A DNA stretch of 64,000 nt from contig CAWKAR010000027.1 of NCBI GenBank assembly GCA_963847625.1, positions 1 to 64,000 on the forward strand. Reading direction: 5' to 3'. Positions within the stretch are counted from its first letter, which is position 1. Each line of letters opens with the position of its first letter. Positions 56,536 to 64,000 of the stretch are shown here, one piece after another. A program made the translations under genes and the position numbers. The notes under the pieces are model-generated. The model had not been told where the DNA came from. It did no database searches and was given only the letters and a program-made list of their open reading frames with translations. Source of the stretch: a candidate division FCPU426 bacterium. GTDB taxonomy: Bacteria; Oederibacteriota; Muellerivitia; Muellerivitales; Muellerivitaceae.

Positions 56536-59406
56536 ATGAACTTCCGATATTTGAAGAAGCGAAAACCCCTCTTGCTTGGCCTTCTGGCCTTGCTTTGTTT
56601 TTCCACGGCCCTTTGGTTTTTCCATTTCAGGACCCATCGGATGGGGGGGGACATGGACGGGGACTCGGACAGCGAAAAGGAAGTGCATCCCAGGGTGTTG
56701 CAGGAATGGTTCAACCGGGGCCGGAAGAGCCTTGATTCCCGCCCCGCCGCGGCCCACCGCCTGGAAGCCAGGAAAAAGGCCCGCAGCCTGTCCTTGGCCC
56801 GTCTTTCAAACAATGGTCTTCAGGCTCTGTTGAGCTCCTCCAACCGCATCTCCCGCAACTCGGGCAACTGCGATTGGGCCGAGATGGGCCCCTCCCCCGA
56901 AAACGACTCGGTTGATTTTGAAACTTCCTATGTCTACGGCACCGTCTCGGGCCGGATCACCAGCCTGGCCCTGGACCTCGTCCATGACAGTACCGGAAAC
57001 ACGCTTTACCTGGGGGCGGCTTACGGGGGGGTCTGGAAAACCACCAACGGCCTCAGCGCATCCCCCTCTTTCACGCCCATCAGTGACCCGACCCAAAGCC
57101 TGGCGATGGGGGCACTGGCGCTCGATACGAGCGTGACTCCCCCCATTCTTTACGTGGGGTCGGGGGAATTGAACATGGCGGGCGATTCCTATTTCGGGAC
57201 CGGCATCCTGAAGTCCACCGACGACGGCAACACTTGGACCCTTTCCGGGACCGCCAACGGCGGGGCGCTCTCTTTCGAAGGTTTGGCTTTCTCCAAGCTC
57301 CTGGTGGACCCCACCAGCCCCTCCACGGTCCTGGCGTGCGCGGGTTTTTCCTGCTGCCATCCGGGAATCATCAACCTGAACCAGGGGCTTTACCGCTCCA
57401 CGGACCAGGCCAATAGTTGGACGCAGGTTTCCACCGTCAACGGCGGGGGCCAAGCCATCGCCGGGCATTCCTTCACGGACATTATCTACGACGGGAGCGC
57501 CACTTTTTACGCCGCCGTCCGGTTCCAGGGGGTTTACGCCTCCACGGACCACGGGAACAGCTGGACCCAACTGCCTTCCCCCTTTCCCAGCGGCACGGCC
57601 CCCTCCACCAGCAATTTCGCCCGGGCCACCCTGGCCTTCCGGGGAGGAACCCTTTGGTGCCTGGTGACAGACGCGAATGAGGGCCCCTCCATCCCGGTCA
57701 ACGGAACCGACACGGGCCTTTCCCAATCCACGGACGGAGGCAATACCTGGACGGCCGTAAACCTCCCGGCCAACCTCTACGGAGGCTCCGGCGCCATGCA
57801 GGGAAACTACGACCAATACGTTGCGGCTCCGCCCGGCTCCAATGCCCTGCTGGTGGCCGGAATCGACCTTTTCAAAACTTCCGCGGTCAACGGCACCTCA
57901 ACCTCCTGGGCCAATATGACGAACGCCTATTCCAACAGCCCAAAAAGCCATCCGGACCAGCACGCCATCGCGTTCCTGAACGCCAACACCTGGTTCATCG
58001 GCAACGACGGCGGTATTTGGGCCACCCAGAACGGGGGATCACAATTTACCAACAAGAACACCAACCTGGGGACCATCCAGTTCTACAGCGTGAGCCCCGA
58101 CCCTTCGGGCTACGGGAAATTCCTTGGAGGCTCCCAGGACAACGGGACTGCCGCCAACCACGGCAACAGCGGTTCCGCTTGGACGCTTTATTACGGCGGG
58201 GACGGGGGTTACACGGACGCCAATCCGGCCATGCTAGGCCAGTTTTATTCCGAGAATTTCATGATCGGCTTGTTCCGGACGGACAATTACGGGGCCGACT
58301 TTTTCGGCCATACCGTTATCGACGGTAATTACAGCCCCATCTCCTCGGATGAATGCGCCATGCTCATGCCCTACCAGGTGCTCCCCAGCAATCCGGCCAC
58401 GGTGGTCCTGGGAACCTCCCGGGTTTGGGAGGGTCCCGGAAACCCCTCGTCGGACGGGGCCGGATGGAATCCCATCAGTGGCTACCTGATCGGGAACGGC
58501 GCTTTCCAGTACATCCTGGCCCTGGCTGTGGCCCCGAGTAATACAGGTTACATCTACGCCACCACCGGGGACGACCTCGCGGGAAGCTACCAGGTCTTCA
58601 CCAACTCCGGCGGGAGCAATTGGACCAACGTTTCCACCGGCCTTCCCTCGGGGAACCCCATCGCGGGGATCGCCGTGGATCCCGGCAACCCCGCCATCGC
58701 CTACTCCGGTATCCAGGGTTTCACCGGCACGACGGGTTCCGGGCACGTTTTTCAGACCACCAACGGGGGAGGGAGTTGGACCGACATTACCGGCACCCTT
58801 CCCGACGCGCCGGTGAATTGGCTCCTGGTGGATCCCCAGTTTCCGGGGGATCTCTACGCGGCCACGGACGTCGGAGTTTTCGCGACCCAGGCCGTGAACG
58901 GTTCCTCCACCAGCTGGGCCAGAATGGGGACCCTGCTTCCGGACAGCATGATCCTGCAGATCAAGATGTCCGTGACCTGCCCCCGGCAGATCGTGGCCAC
59001 CACCCACGGTCGCGGCGCCTGGGCCATCTGCCCCTTGGACACCTCCTGTCCCCCCACGCCTACTCCCACGGTCACTTTCACGCCCACCTTCACGCCCAAC
59101 CTCACCCCACTTACTTCCCCCGGTTTCACCGTCCAGGCCCTGCCCAATACCACCGACGGCCAGACTCCCGTCAGCTTCGTCGTGGGACTGCCCGCGGCGA
59201 TGAATATCCAACTGAAAATCTTCGACCTGGCGGGAGAGCTGGTTTACTCCAAATCCGTCAACGGCGTGAATGGAACCAACGCGATCGGCTGGCTGCCGAG
59301 GAACCAGGGAGGAGAGCCTTTGGCCAGCGGAGTCTATATTTATTTCGTGCAGGGCGGCGATTCCTCCGACCTCCAGAAGACCGGGAAGATCGCGGTCGTC
59401 CATTAG
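56536..59406 (+). CDS. Secreted BNR/Asp-box (VPS10/GH74-like) beta-propeller protein with Pro/Thr linker and T9SS-CTD/FlgD-Ig-like tail
   Basis: GGVWKTTNG, KSTDDGNTW, STDHGNSW, HPDQH, GGSQDNG, GGDGG, THGRGAW; tail ALPN...LKIFDLAGELV...LASGVYIY...GKIAVVH. Confidence 0.85.
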   Translation: MNFRYLKKRKPLLLGLLALLCFSTALWFFHFRTHRMGGDMDGDSDSEKEVHPRVLQEWFNRGRKSLDSRPAAAHRLEARKKARSLSLARLSNNGLQALLSSSNRISRNSGNCDWAEMGPSPENDSVDFETSYVYGTVSGRITSLALDLVHDSTGNTLYLGAAYGGVWKTTNGLSASPSFTPISDPTQSLAMGALALDTSVTPPILYVGSGELNMAGDSYFGTGILKSTDDGNTWTLSGTANGGALSFEGLAFSKLLVDPTSPSTVLACAGFSCCHPGIINLNQGLYRSTDQANSWTQVSTVNGGGQAIAGHSFTDIIYDGSATFYAAVRFQGVYASTDHGNSWTQLPSPFPSGTAPSTSNFARATLAFRGGTLWCLVTDANEGPSIPVNGTDTGLSQSTDGGNTWTAVNLPANLYGGSGAMQGNYDQYVAAPPGSNALLVAGIDLFKTSAVNGTSTSWANMTNAYSNSPKSHPDQHAIAFLNANTWFIGNDGGIWATQNGGSQFTNKNTNLGTIQFYSVSPDPSGYGKFLGGSQDNGTAANHGNSGSAWTLYYGGDGGYTDANPAMLGQFYSENFMIGLFRTDNYGADFFGHTVIDGNYSPISSDECAMLMPYQVLPSNPATVVLGTSRVWEGPGNPSSDGAGWNPISGYLIGNGAFQYILALAVAPSNTGYIYATTGDDLAGSYQVFTNSGGSNWTNVSTGLPSGNPIAGIAVDPGNPAIAYSGIQGFTGTTGSGHVFQTTNGGGSWTDITGTLPDAPVNWLLVDPQFPGDLYAATDVGVFATQAVNGSSTSWARMGTLLPDSMILQIKMSVTCPRQIVATTHGRGAWAICPLDTSCPPTPTPTVTFTPTFTPNLTPLTSPGFTVQALPNTTDGQTPVSFVVGLPAAMNIQLKIFDLAGELVYSKSVNGVNGTNAIGWLPRNQGGEPLASGVYIYFVQGGDSSDLQKTGKIAVVH

Positions 59407-59606
59407 AAAAACCAGGTTTAAAAATGTTTTAAGAGCCGCCCCAAGAAAAATTTTATCGGTAAAACGAGTAACAAATTACCAATCCTCCCCGCCAAGTCAG
59501 GTTATCCGGTAAATCTCGCGTTAAAAGCTTTTTCCTTCTTTCCAGGGCCGAAATTTTTTTCTATTATTTTTGGACTAAAACAGCACTTTGCCGTCTATAG
59601 AGGGAA

Positions 59607-60986
59607 TTGAAGTCCTTAAAAAATATCTTTTGTAGGGATTTAATGAAATTATTTTTCCAGTTGGTACCAAGAATATCATTTCCTAACTGTATTTCCCCCA
59701 CCGGCTCCCCTCGAAAAAGTAGGCAATCCTGGGCGGCCATCTTCGCCGTTTTTTTCTTCTGGCCCCTCTTTTTAAACGCGCAGACACCGACGCCGGCCTG
59801 CTTCCTGGGCGCGACACCCTGGAATGCCCCCACTGGGTCCGGGAACAATGGAGTGGCCTATGGAGTGGCCGTGGACCTGTCGCGGTACCGCGTTTATTAT
59901 GCCGACCCCTATTACGTGAGCGGGGGCGTCACGGGCGCGGTGTTTGCCCTCGATTACCAGGGCGACCCGGTTACCGGGTTCGGAACCAACGGGATGGTTC
60001 CCTTGCCGGGAGCTTGGGGGGTGGCTATAGGGTATTGTGCTTATGAGGGCTTATACGTGACCCAAAATGGAACAGTCAACAAATTAGACGCCAACGGTGT
60101 TCTGATGGGCGGTGGTTGGCCCACCACCCTTAACAGCGGGGGTTTAAGGAATATCACGTTAGATAGATCGGGTAATGTGTACGTTGTGGATAGTTACACG
60201 ATTTATTCCTTGACCTCAACAGGAAGCCTTAATTCTTCCCTTAGTCCTGTGGATGCCTGGAACCAACCCTCGGGGTTGGTGATGGTTGGCCATGTCTTGT
60301 ATGTGGCGGATACAGTCAACGATAGGATCATGGGCTATCCGGTATCCAATCCGGGGTCTGGGGTGACCATCCTGGACAACGCCGCTACCGAGCTTTCAGG
60401 TTTGGAATCGGCACCTTATGGCCTGGCCCTGGATTCACAGGGCCGTCTTTACGCGGCCATGGGCACCGGCTACGACGTGTTCACCAACAACGGCGTTTCC
60501 TGGAGCCTTTCGTCCTCCAATTTCAACGCCGGTTTGGTGAATGGCTCGTATGGAATCGGCGTGGATGGGTTGGGGGCTGTTTACTTGGCCCCGGTGGGCG
60601 GCTTACAGCTGATGAAGATGGGTCCCTGTTTCTCGCAACAGCAACCACCGCCTCGCTGTACGGCGACACCAACTCCGACGCTTTACTACCAGGGCTCCAA
60701 CCCGCCCGCCCCAGGGCAATGTTTCATCTTTCCTTCACCGGTCCGGGGGGACCACGCCACCCTTGCCTATGACATGGCCGAAAGCGGCCGGATGGACCTG
60801 AAGATATGGACCTATAGCGGGGAATTGGCGGCCGGAATCACGGACCGGAAACCAGCCGGCGTCCAGGAAACGCCCTTCGACCTGACCCGGCTCGCGCCAA
60901 GGATTTATTTCTATGCCGTGACGTTGAGTTACGATTCGGGAAGAATTGAAAAAATCAAACCCCGCAAATTCGCCGTGATTCGTTGA
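59607..60986 (+). CDS. Secreted NHL-repeat beta-propeller protein with Pro/Thr linker and CTD-like tail (start uncertain)
   Basis: Signal LNA|Q; AYGVAVD, WNQPSGL...LYVADTVNDRI, PYGLALDSQGRLY; tail IFPSPVRG...LKIWTYSGELA...LAPRIYFY...KFAVIR. Confidence 0.78.
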   Translation: MKSLKNIFCRDLMKLFFQLVPRISFPNCISPTGSPRKSRQSWAAIFAVFFFWPLFLNAQTPTPACFLGATPWNAPTGSGNNGVAYGVAVDLSRYRVYYADPYYVSGGVTGAVFALDYQGDPVTGFGTNGMVPLPGAWGVAIGYCAYEGLYVTQNGTVNKLDANGVLMGGGWPTTLNSGGLRNITLDRSGNVYVVDSYTIYSLTSTGSLNSSLSPVDAWNQPSGLVMVGHVLYVADTVNDRIMGYPVSNPGSGVTILDNAATELSGLESAPYGLALDSQGRLYAAMGTGYDVFTNNGVSWSLSSSNFNAGLVNGSYGIGVDGLGAVYLAPVGGLQLMKMGPCFSQQQPPPRCTATPTPTLYYQGSNPPAPGQCFIFPSPVRGDHATLAYDMAESGRMDLKIWTYSGELAAGITDRKPAGVQETPFDLTRLAPRIYFYAVTLSYDSGRIEKIKPRKFAVIR

Positions 60987-60992
60987 AGTGTT

Positions 60993-62549
60993 ATGAAAAC
61001 AAGAAAATTATTAAACGGGATCTTTGATAGAGGCTTATCCATGTTTATTTGGAATCCGGAATTGAACCTTACCCACACCTCAAAAAGCTTCCGGGTCTTC
61101 ATGGCAATCCTCTTGCCGGTTTTTTTCCTGGCCGCGCGATCCCCGGCCCAAACCACCCAGACTTTTTATTCCCCGGCGGGCCAGTTGAACTCCCTGGACA
61201 TTAATAATCTTTCCGCCCGCGCCGCTGCCTTGGGGTCGGCCTTCACGGGGCTGGCGGACGACTCCTCCGCCCTCTTCTCCAACCCCGCGGGTCTGGCCTG
61301 GCTGACAAAAGGGGAAATTACCCTGAACAGCCATCTGGGGCTGGCGGATACCCTTCAGGAAACGGCGGTGCTGGGCCTCGCGACCGGGAAATGGGGCGGC
61401 TTTGGGTTGGCCTGCAGTTACCTGGATTATGGCACGATGGAAGGCCGGGATAATTTGGGTTCACTGGCACCCAACTACAGCGCCAACCGGTGGGGCCTGC
61501 AGGAGGGTTGGGGGGTTAAAATCCTGGAGCCGTTGTCCCTCGGCGTGGCTCTGTTGTATTCCAGGGAATCCGTATCGGGAACGGGTTCTTCTTTCTTCGT
61601 CCCCGAGGCGGGCCTCCTTTGGGAACCCCTGAAGAATCTTAGGTGTGGACTGGCTTACGAGTATGGCGGCTGGAGTTCCATCCCCGGAAATTTGGATTCC
61701 TTCCTCAAAGTCGGCGCCTCTTATCTTTTCCGGATCGATCCTTCCTTCCAGCTTCTGGCGGCCTTAGATGATTCCATGGAGTTGAATTCCCTCAATTATT
61801 TCCAAACGGGAGTGGAAGCCTCCTGGAAATCCCGGTATTTCCTGCGGGCGGGATACCGGGGGGCCTTTACCGACAATGAATATGGAGGCTTCTGGGGTTT
61901 TTCCTTCGGAGGCGGTTTGGCACTGGCTGGTTTTAATTTGGATTACGCCTATTTGCCCTACGGGGACCTGGGCAACATGCACCGCTTCAGCGTCACTTAT
62001 CCTTTTGGAATTTTGGGCGGGTCTTCCGACCTTGCCACCCATTCCAAAACGCGTACGGGTGTAAAGGTTTCCGCCGCGGGTGTGGGAAATAAAAGTGCTG
62101 TGCCATCCGGGAATTCCATCGACCCCGGTTCCTATCCGGCATATTCCAGGGGTGCCTCGCCCGCGGCCGAGAACGGGGGAGGACCCAACGGGATTTCAAC
62201 CGGCGGTTCCAACGCTAATCAAGCCTCAACCCAAAGCCCTTCCAAACCCGATGCCCAAAGCACCTCCCAAAACAGCCTGGTCCTTCGCTTTAATATTCCC
62301 CCCGATTTCATGGCTCAAGGGAACGATATGATGGCCCAAAACAGGCCTTCCGAGGCTGTCACCCTTTACCAACAGGCCCTCAAAGAAAACGACCAGAATC
62401 CCCAGGCATGGTGGGTCCTTGGCAAAGCCTATTTCCGGCTCCATCAAAAAAATCATGTCATTCTCTGCTTGGAAAAGGTCTTGGCGTTGAACCCGGAGGA
62501 TACAACCCTTCGGGAATGGCTGGAAAAATATAAGGCCCAAAAGCCCTGA
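60993..62549 (+). CDS. PorV/PorQ-family (FadL-like) outer-membrane barrel with linker and C-terminal TPR
   Basis: SARAAALGSAFTGLADDSSALFSNPAGL; LRAGY; LDYAYLPYGDLGNMHRFSVTY; TPR (AWWVLGKAY...LEKVLALNP). Confidence 0.85.
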   Translation: MKTRKLLNGIFDRGLSMFIWNPELNLTHTSKSFRVFMAILLPVFFLAARSPAQTTQTFYSPAGQLNSLDINNLSARAAALGSAFTGLADDSSALFSNPAGLAWLTKGEITLNSHLGLADTLQETAVLGLATGKWGGFGLACSYLDYGTMEGRDNLGSLAPNYSANRWGLQEGWGVKILEPLSLGVALLYSRESVSGTGSSFFVPEAGLLWEPLKNLRCGLAYEYGGWSSIPGNLDSFLKVGASYLFRIDPSFQLLAALDDSMELNSLNYFQTGVEASWKSRYFLRAGYRGAFTDNEYGGFWGFSFGGGLALAGFNLDYAYLPYGDLGNMHRFSVTYPFGILGGSSDLATHSKTRTGVKVSAAGVGNKSAVPSGNSIDPGSYPAYSRGASPAAENGGGPNGISTGGSNANQASTQSPSKPDAQSTSQNSLVLRFNIPPDFMAQGNDMMAQNRPSEAVTLYQQALKENDQNPQAWWVLGKAYFRLHQKNHVILCLEKVLALNPEDTTLREWLEKYKAQKP

Positions 62550-62735
62550 AACCAGTCTTTAATGGTAAGCGCCCAATAAACTTATAAAATATTTGGTTGA
62601 AACCTGACAGAGGATTTCACAGAAACGCTTTTAGTTTCTTAAAAATGGAATAAATCGTCAATTTTGACCACTAGTAATCACCAAACAGCCATGGAGCGGG
62701 GTGATTATGTTTACAGTGGTTTTAAGGAGATTTCT

Positions 62736-63308
62736 TTGGACGACCGGGAATTGGTTAAAAAACTCCTGGCCAAGGACGAAAAGGCCCAGCACTATTTTTT
62801 CAACACCTATTGGAACAAGCTTTATAAGGCTTGCGTCTATATTTTGGGCCAAAAGGACCATGAGGCCGAGGATTTGGCCCAGGAAGCCTTCATCGTGGCG
62901 CTTCGGAAACTTCCCGAGTTCGAGTTCCGATCCTCCCTCCACCACTGGCTTTTCCGGATCTGCACTTACCTATGCTACGAGCACATCCGCGAGCGCAAAA
63001 AGAAGCTTCTCCGGCTGGAAGAGAACCTGGATAACCTGCCGGGTTCCATCCAGGTGGAGCAGGGACGTTGGAAACAAGAGGAGGCCGACCGGCAAAGGAT
63101 GCTCCAACTGGTGGAGAAGCAGAAGGAACTGCTGGGTGAACCCTGCCGGGGCCTGCTGCGCCTGAGGGACGAAGAGGAGAAAAGCTACGCCATGATCGCC
63201 GAAAGCCTGAGAATCCCCATCGGGACCGTCATGTCCCGCCTAGCGCGATGCAAGGAAGCCCTGAAGCAGTTGGTGACCGGCGCTTTGGAGGAATTGACCC
63301 GTGTCTGA
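62736..63308 (+). CDS. ECF RNA polymerase sigma factor
   Basis: EAEDLAQEAF, FEFRSSLHHWLFRI, SYAMIAESLRIPIGTVMSRLAR; TTG start after AAGGAG. Confidence 0.93.
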   Translation: MDDRELVKKLLAKDEKAQHYFFNTYWNKLYKACVYILGQKDHEAEDLAQEAFIVALRKLPEFEFRSSLHHWLFRICTYLCYEHIRERKKKLLRLEENLDNLPGSIQVEQGRWKQEEADRQRMLQLVEKQKELLGEPCRGLLRLRDEEEKSYAMIAESLRIPIGTVMSRLARCKEALKQLVTGALEELTRV

Positions 63309-64000
63309 TTTGGTTAAAAAATTTTTTCGCGAGGATTTGACCGAGGCCGAGGATAAGGCCTTGAGCGAATCGTTATTGTCCTCGGACGAGGCCGCCGAAG
63401 AGTTTGTGAAAATATCGGAGGAAGCCTACACGCGCTACGGGCTACCGAAAGCCGATTGGGAAGGACCGATTCCCCACACCCTGCTAAAGCCACACGGTGG
63501 AAGCCCCTGGTTCGGGGCGACGATGGTGGTTTTGGGCTTGACCGCCGGTATTGTGTATTGGATTTGTCACCGGCAGGTGACGTCCACTCAGGAAATTTCC
63601 TCACCTGCTTCCACCGTCAAACCTCCTGCGGCAGTCCCGGTGAATAAACCAGCGAGGCATGAAAGCTTTCCTATTAATAGAATACAGAAGGTGATTTCGG
63701 AGACGGGAACAACTCTTCCCAAGGCCGTCCCCGAAGCGTTAAAGTCTCCATTAGCAGCGGTGAAGAAAACAGTTTCAAACGCGGTGCCAAATTTAAGCCA
63801 AGGGATTCCCGCGGCTTCCGAAATCCGTCCGGCCCCATCCGTTCCCAGCCTCCCAGGGCAACAAGCCATCGCTTCAACCGCCGGTTCGCCGGTTCGTTCC
63901 AGCACGACCCCAGTCCATTGGGACCAGGCCAATTCGCAGAATTATTCCAGCCTTTCGGTGGTGGTCCAACAAACTAGGCCTTCGGCCATTGAGGTCAATG
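63301..64000 (+). CDS. Putative membrane-anchored anti-sigma factor (partial, runs off window end; absent from the ORF track)
   Basis: GTG overlapping sigma stop after GGAGG; VSDLVKKFFREDLTEAED..., one TM (WFGATMVVLGLTAGIVYW), long P/S/T/A linker, open to 64000. Confidence 0.75.
   Translation, partial: MSDLVKKFFREDLTEAEDKALSESLLSSDEAAEEFVKISEEAYTRYGLPKADWEGPIPHTLLKPHGGSPWFGATMVVLGLTAGIVYWICHRQVTSTQEISSPASTVKPPAAVPVNKPARHESFPINRIQKVISETGTTLPKAVPEALKSPLAAVKKTVSNAVPNLSQGIPAASEIRPAPSVPSLPGQQAIASTAGSPVRSSTTPVHWDQANSQNYSSLSVVVQQTRPSAIEVN

Noticed and set aside
904..59432. Long antisense or alternate-frame ORFs in the ORF track (e.g. 904-1923, 12142-13236, 49621-50523, 55405-56307, 58234-59403)
   Set aside because: Shadows of well-supported genes in GC-rich DNA, with no motifs; those recurring in the array recur only because the host genes are duplicated.

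Overview
64 kb of a GC-rich, diderm bacterial chromosome. No rRNA, tRNA, CRISPR array, integrase or transposase was seen. Thr/Pro-linker secreted proteins, T9SS-like C-terminal domains, a PorV-family barrel and many GT-C enzymes recall uncultured lineages such as candidate phylum FCPU426, but that placement is only an impression. Housekeeping genes (aroK, gpsA, bcp, icd, leuCD with leuC frameshifted, folD, livKHM, yjbQ) surround several accessory blocks. (1) An ~18.5 kb tandem array of seven ArnT/PMT-like GT-C glycosyltransferases (four PA14-tailed 'A' copies, three 724-aa 'B' copies) lies between icd and a GH67 alpha-glucuronidase. It is punctuated by three orphan copies of the 3' end of that convergent aguA gene and by two B-gene 3' relics. 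(2) An AT-rich cassette (C39-like peptidase lipoprotein plus partner) is preceded by an orphan 3' end of the convergent yjbQ gene that differs largely by synonymous or conservative changes. The same 'cassette + displaced anchor tail' architecture therefore occurs twice, with variable junctions and no recombinase in the window. (3) A block of CTD-bearing cargo proteins, PorV-TPR, ECF sigma and anti-sigma. (4) A non-coding 22-bp tandem repeat array with a TCCTAGGA core. (5) A ~126-nt structured RNA resembling the Acido-Lenti-1 motif. Two genes appear to start at ATT/ATC codons. All calls were made by eye from motifs; no searches were run.
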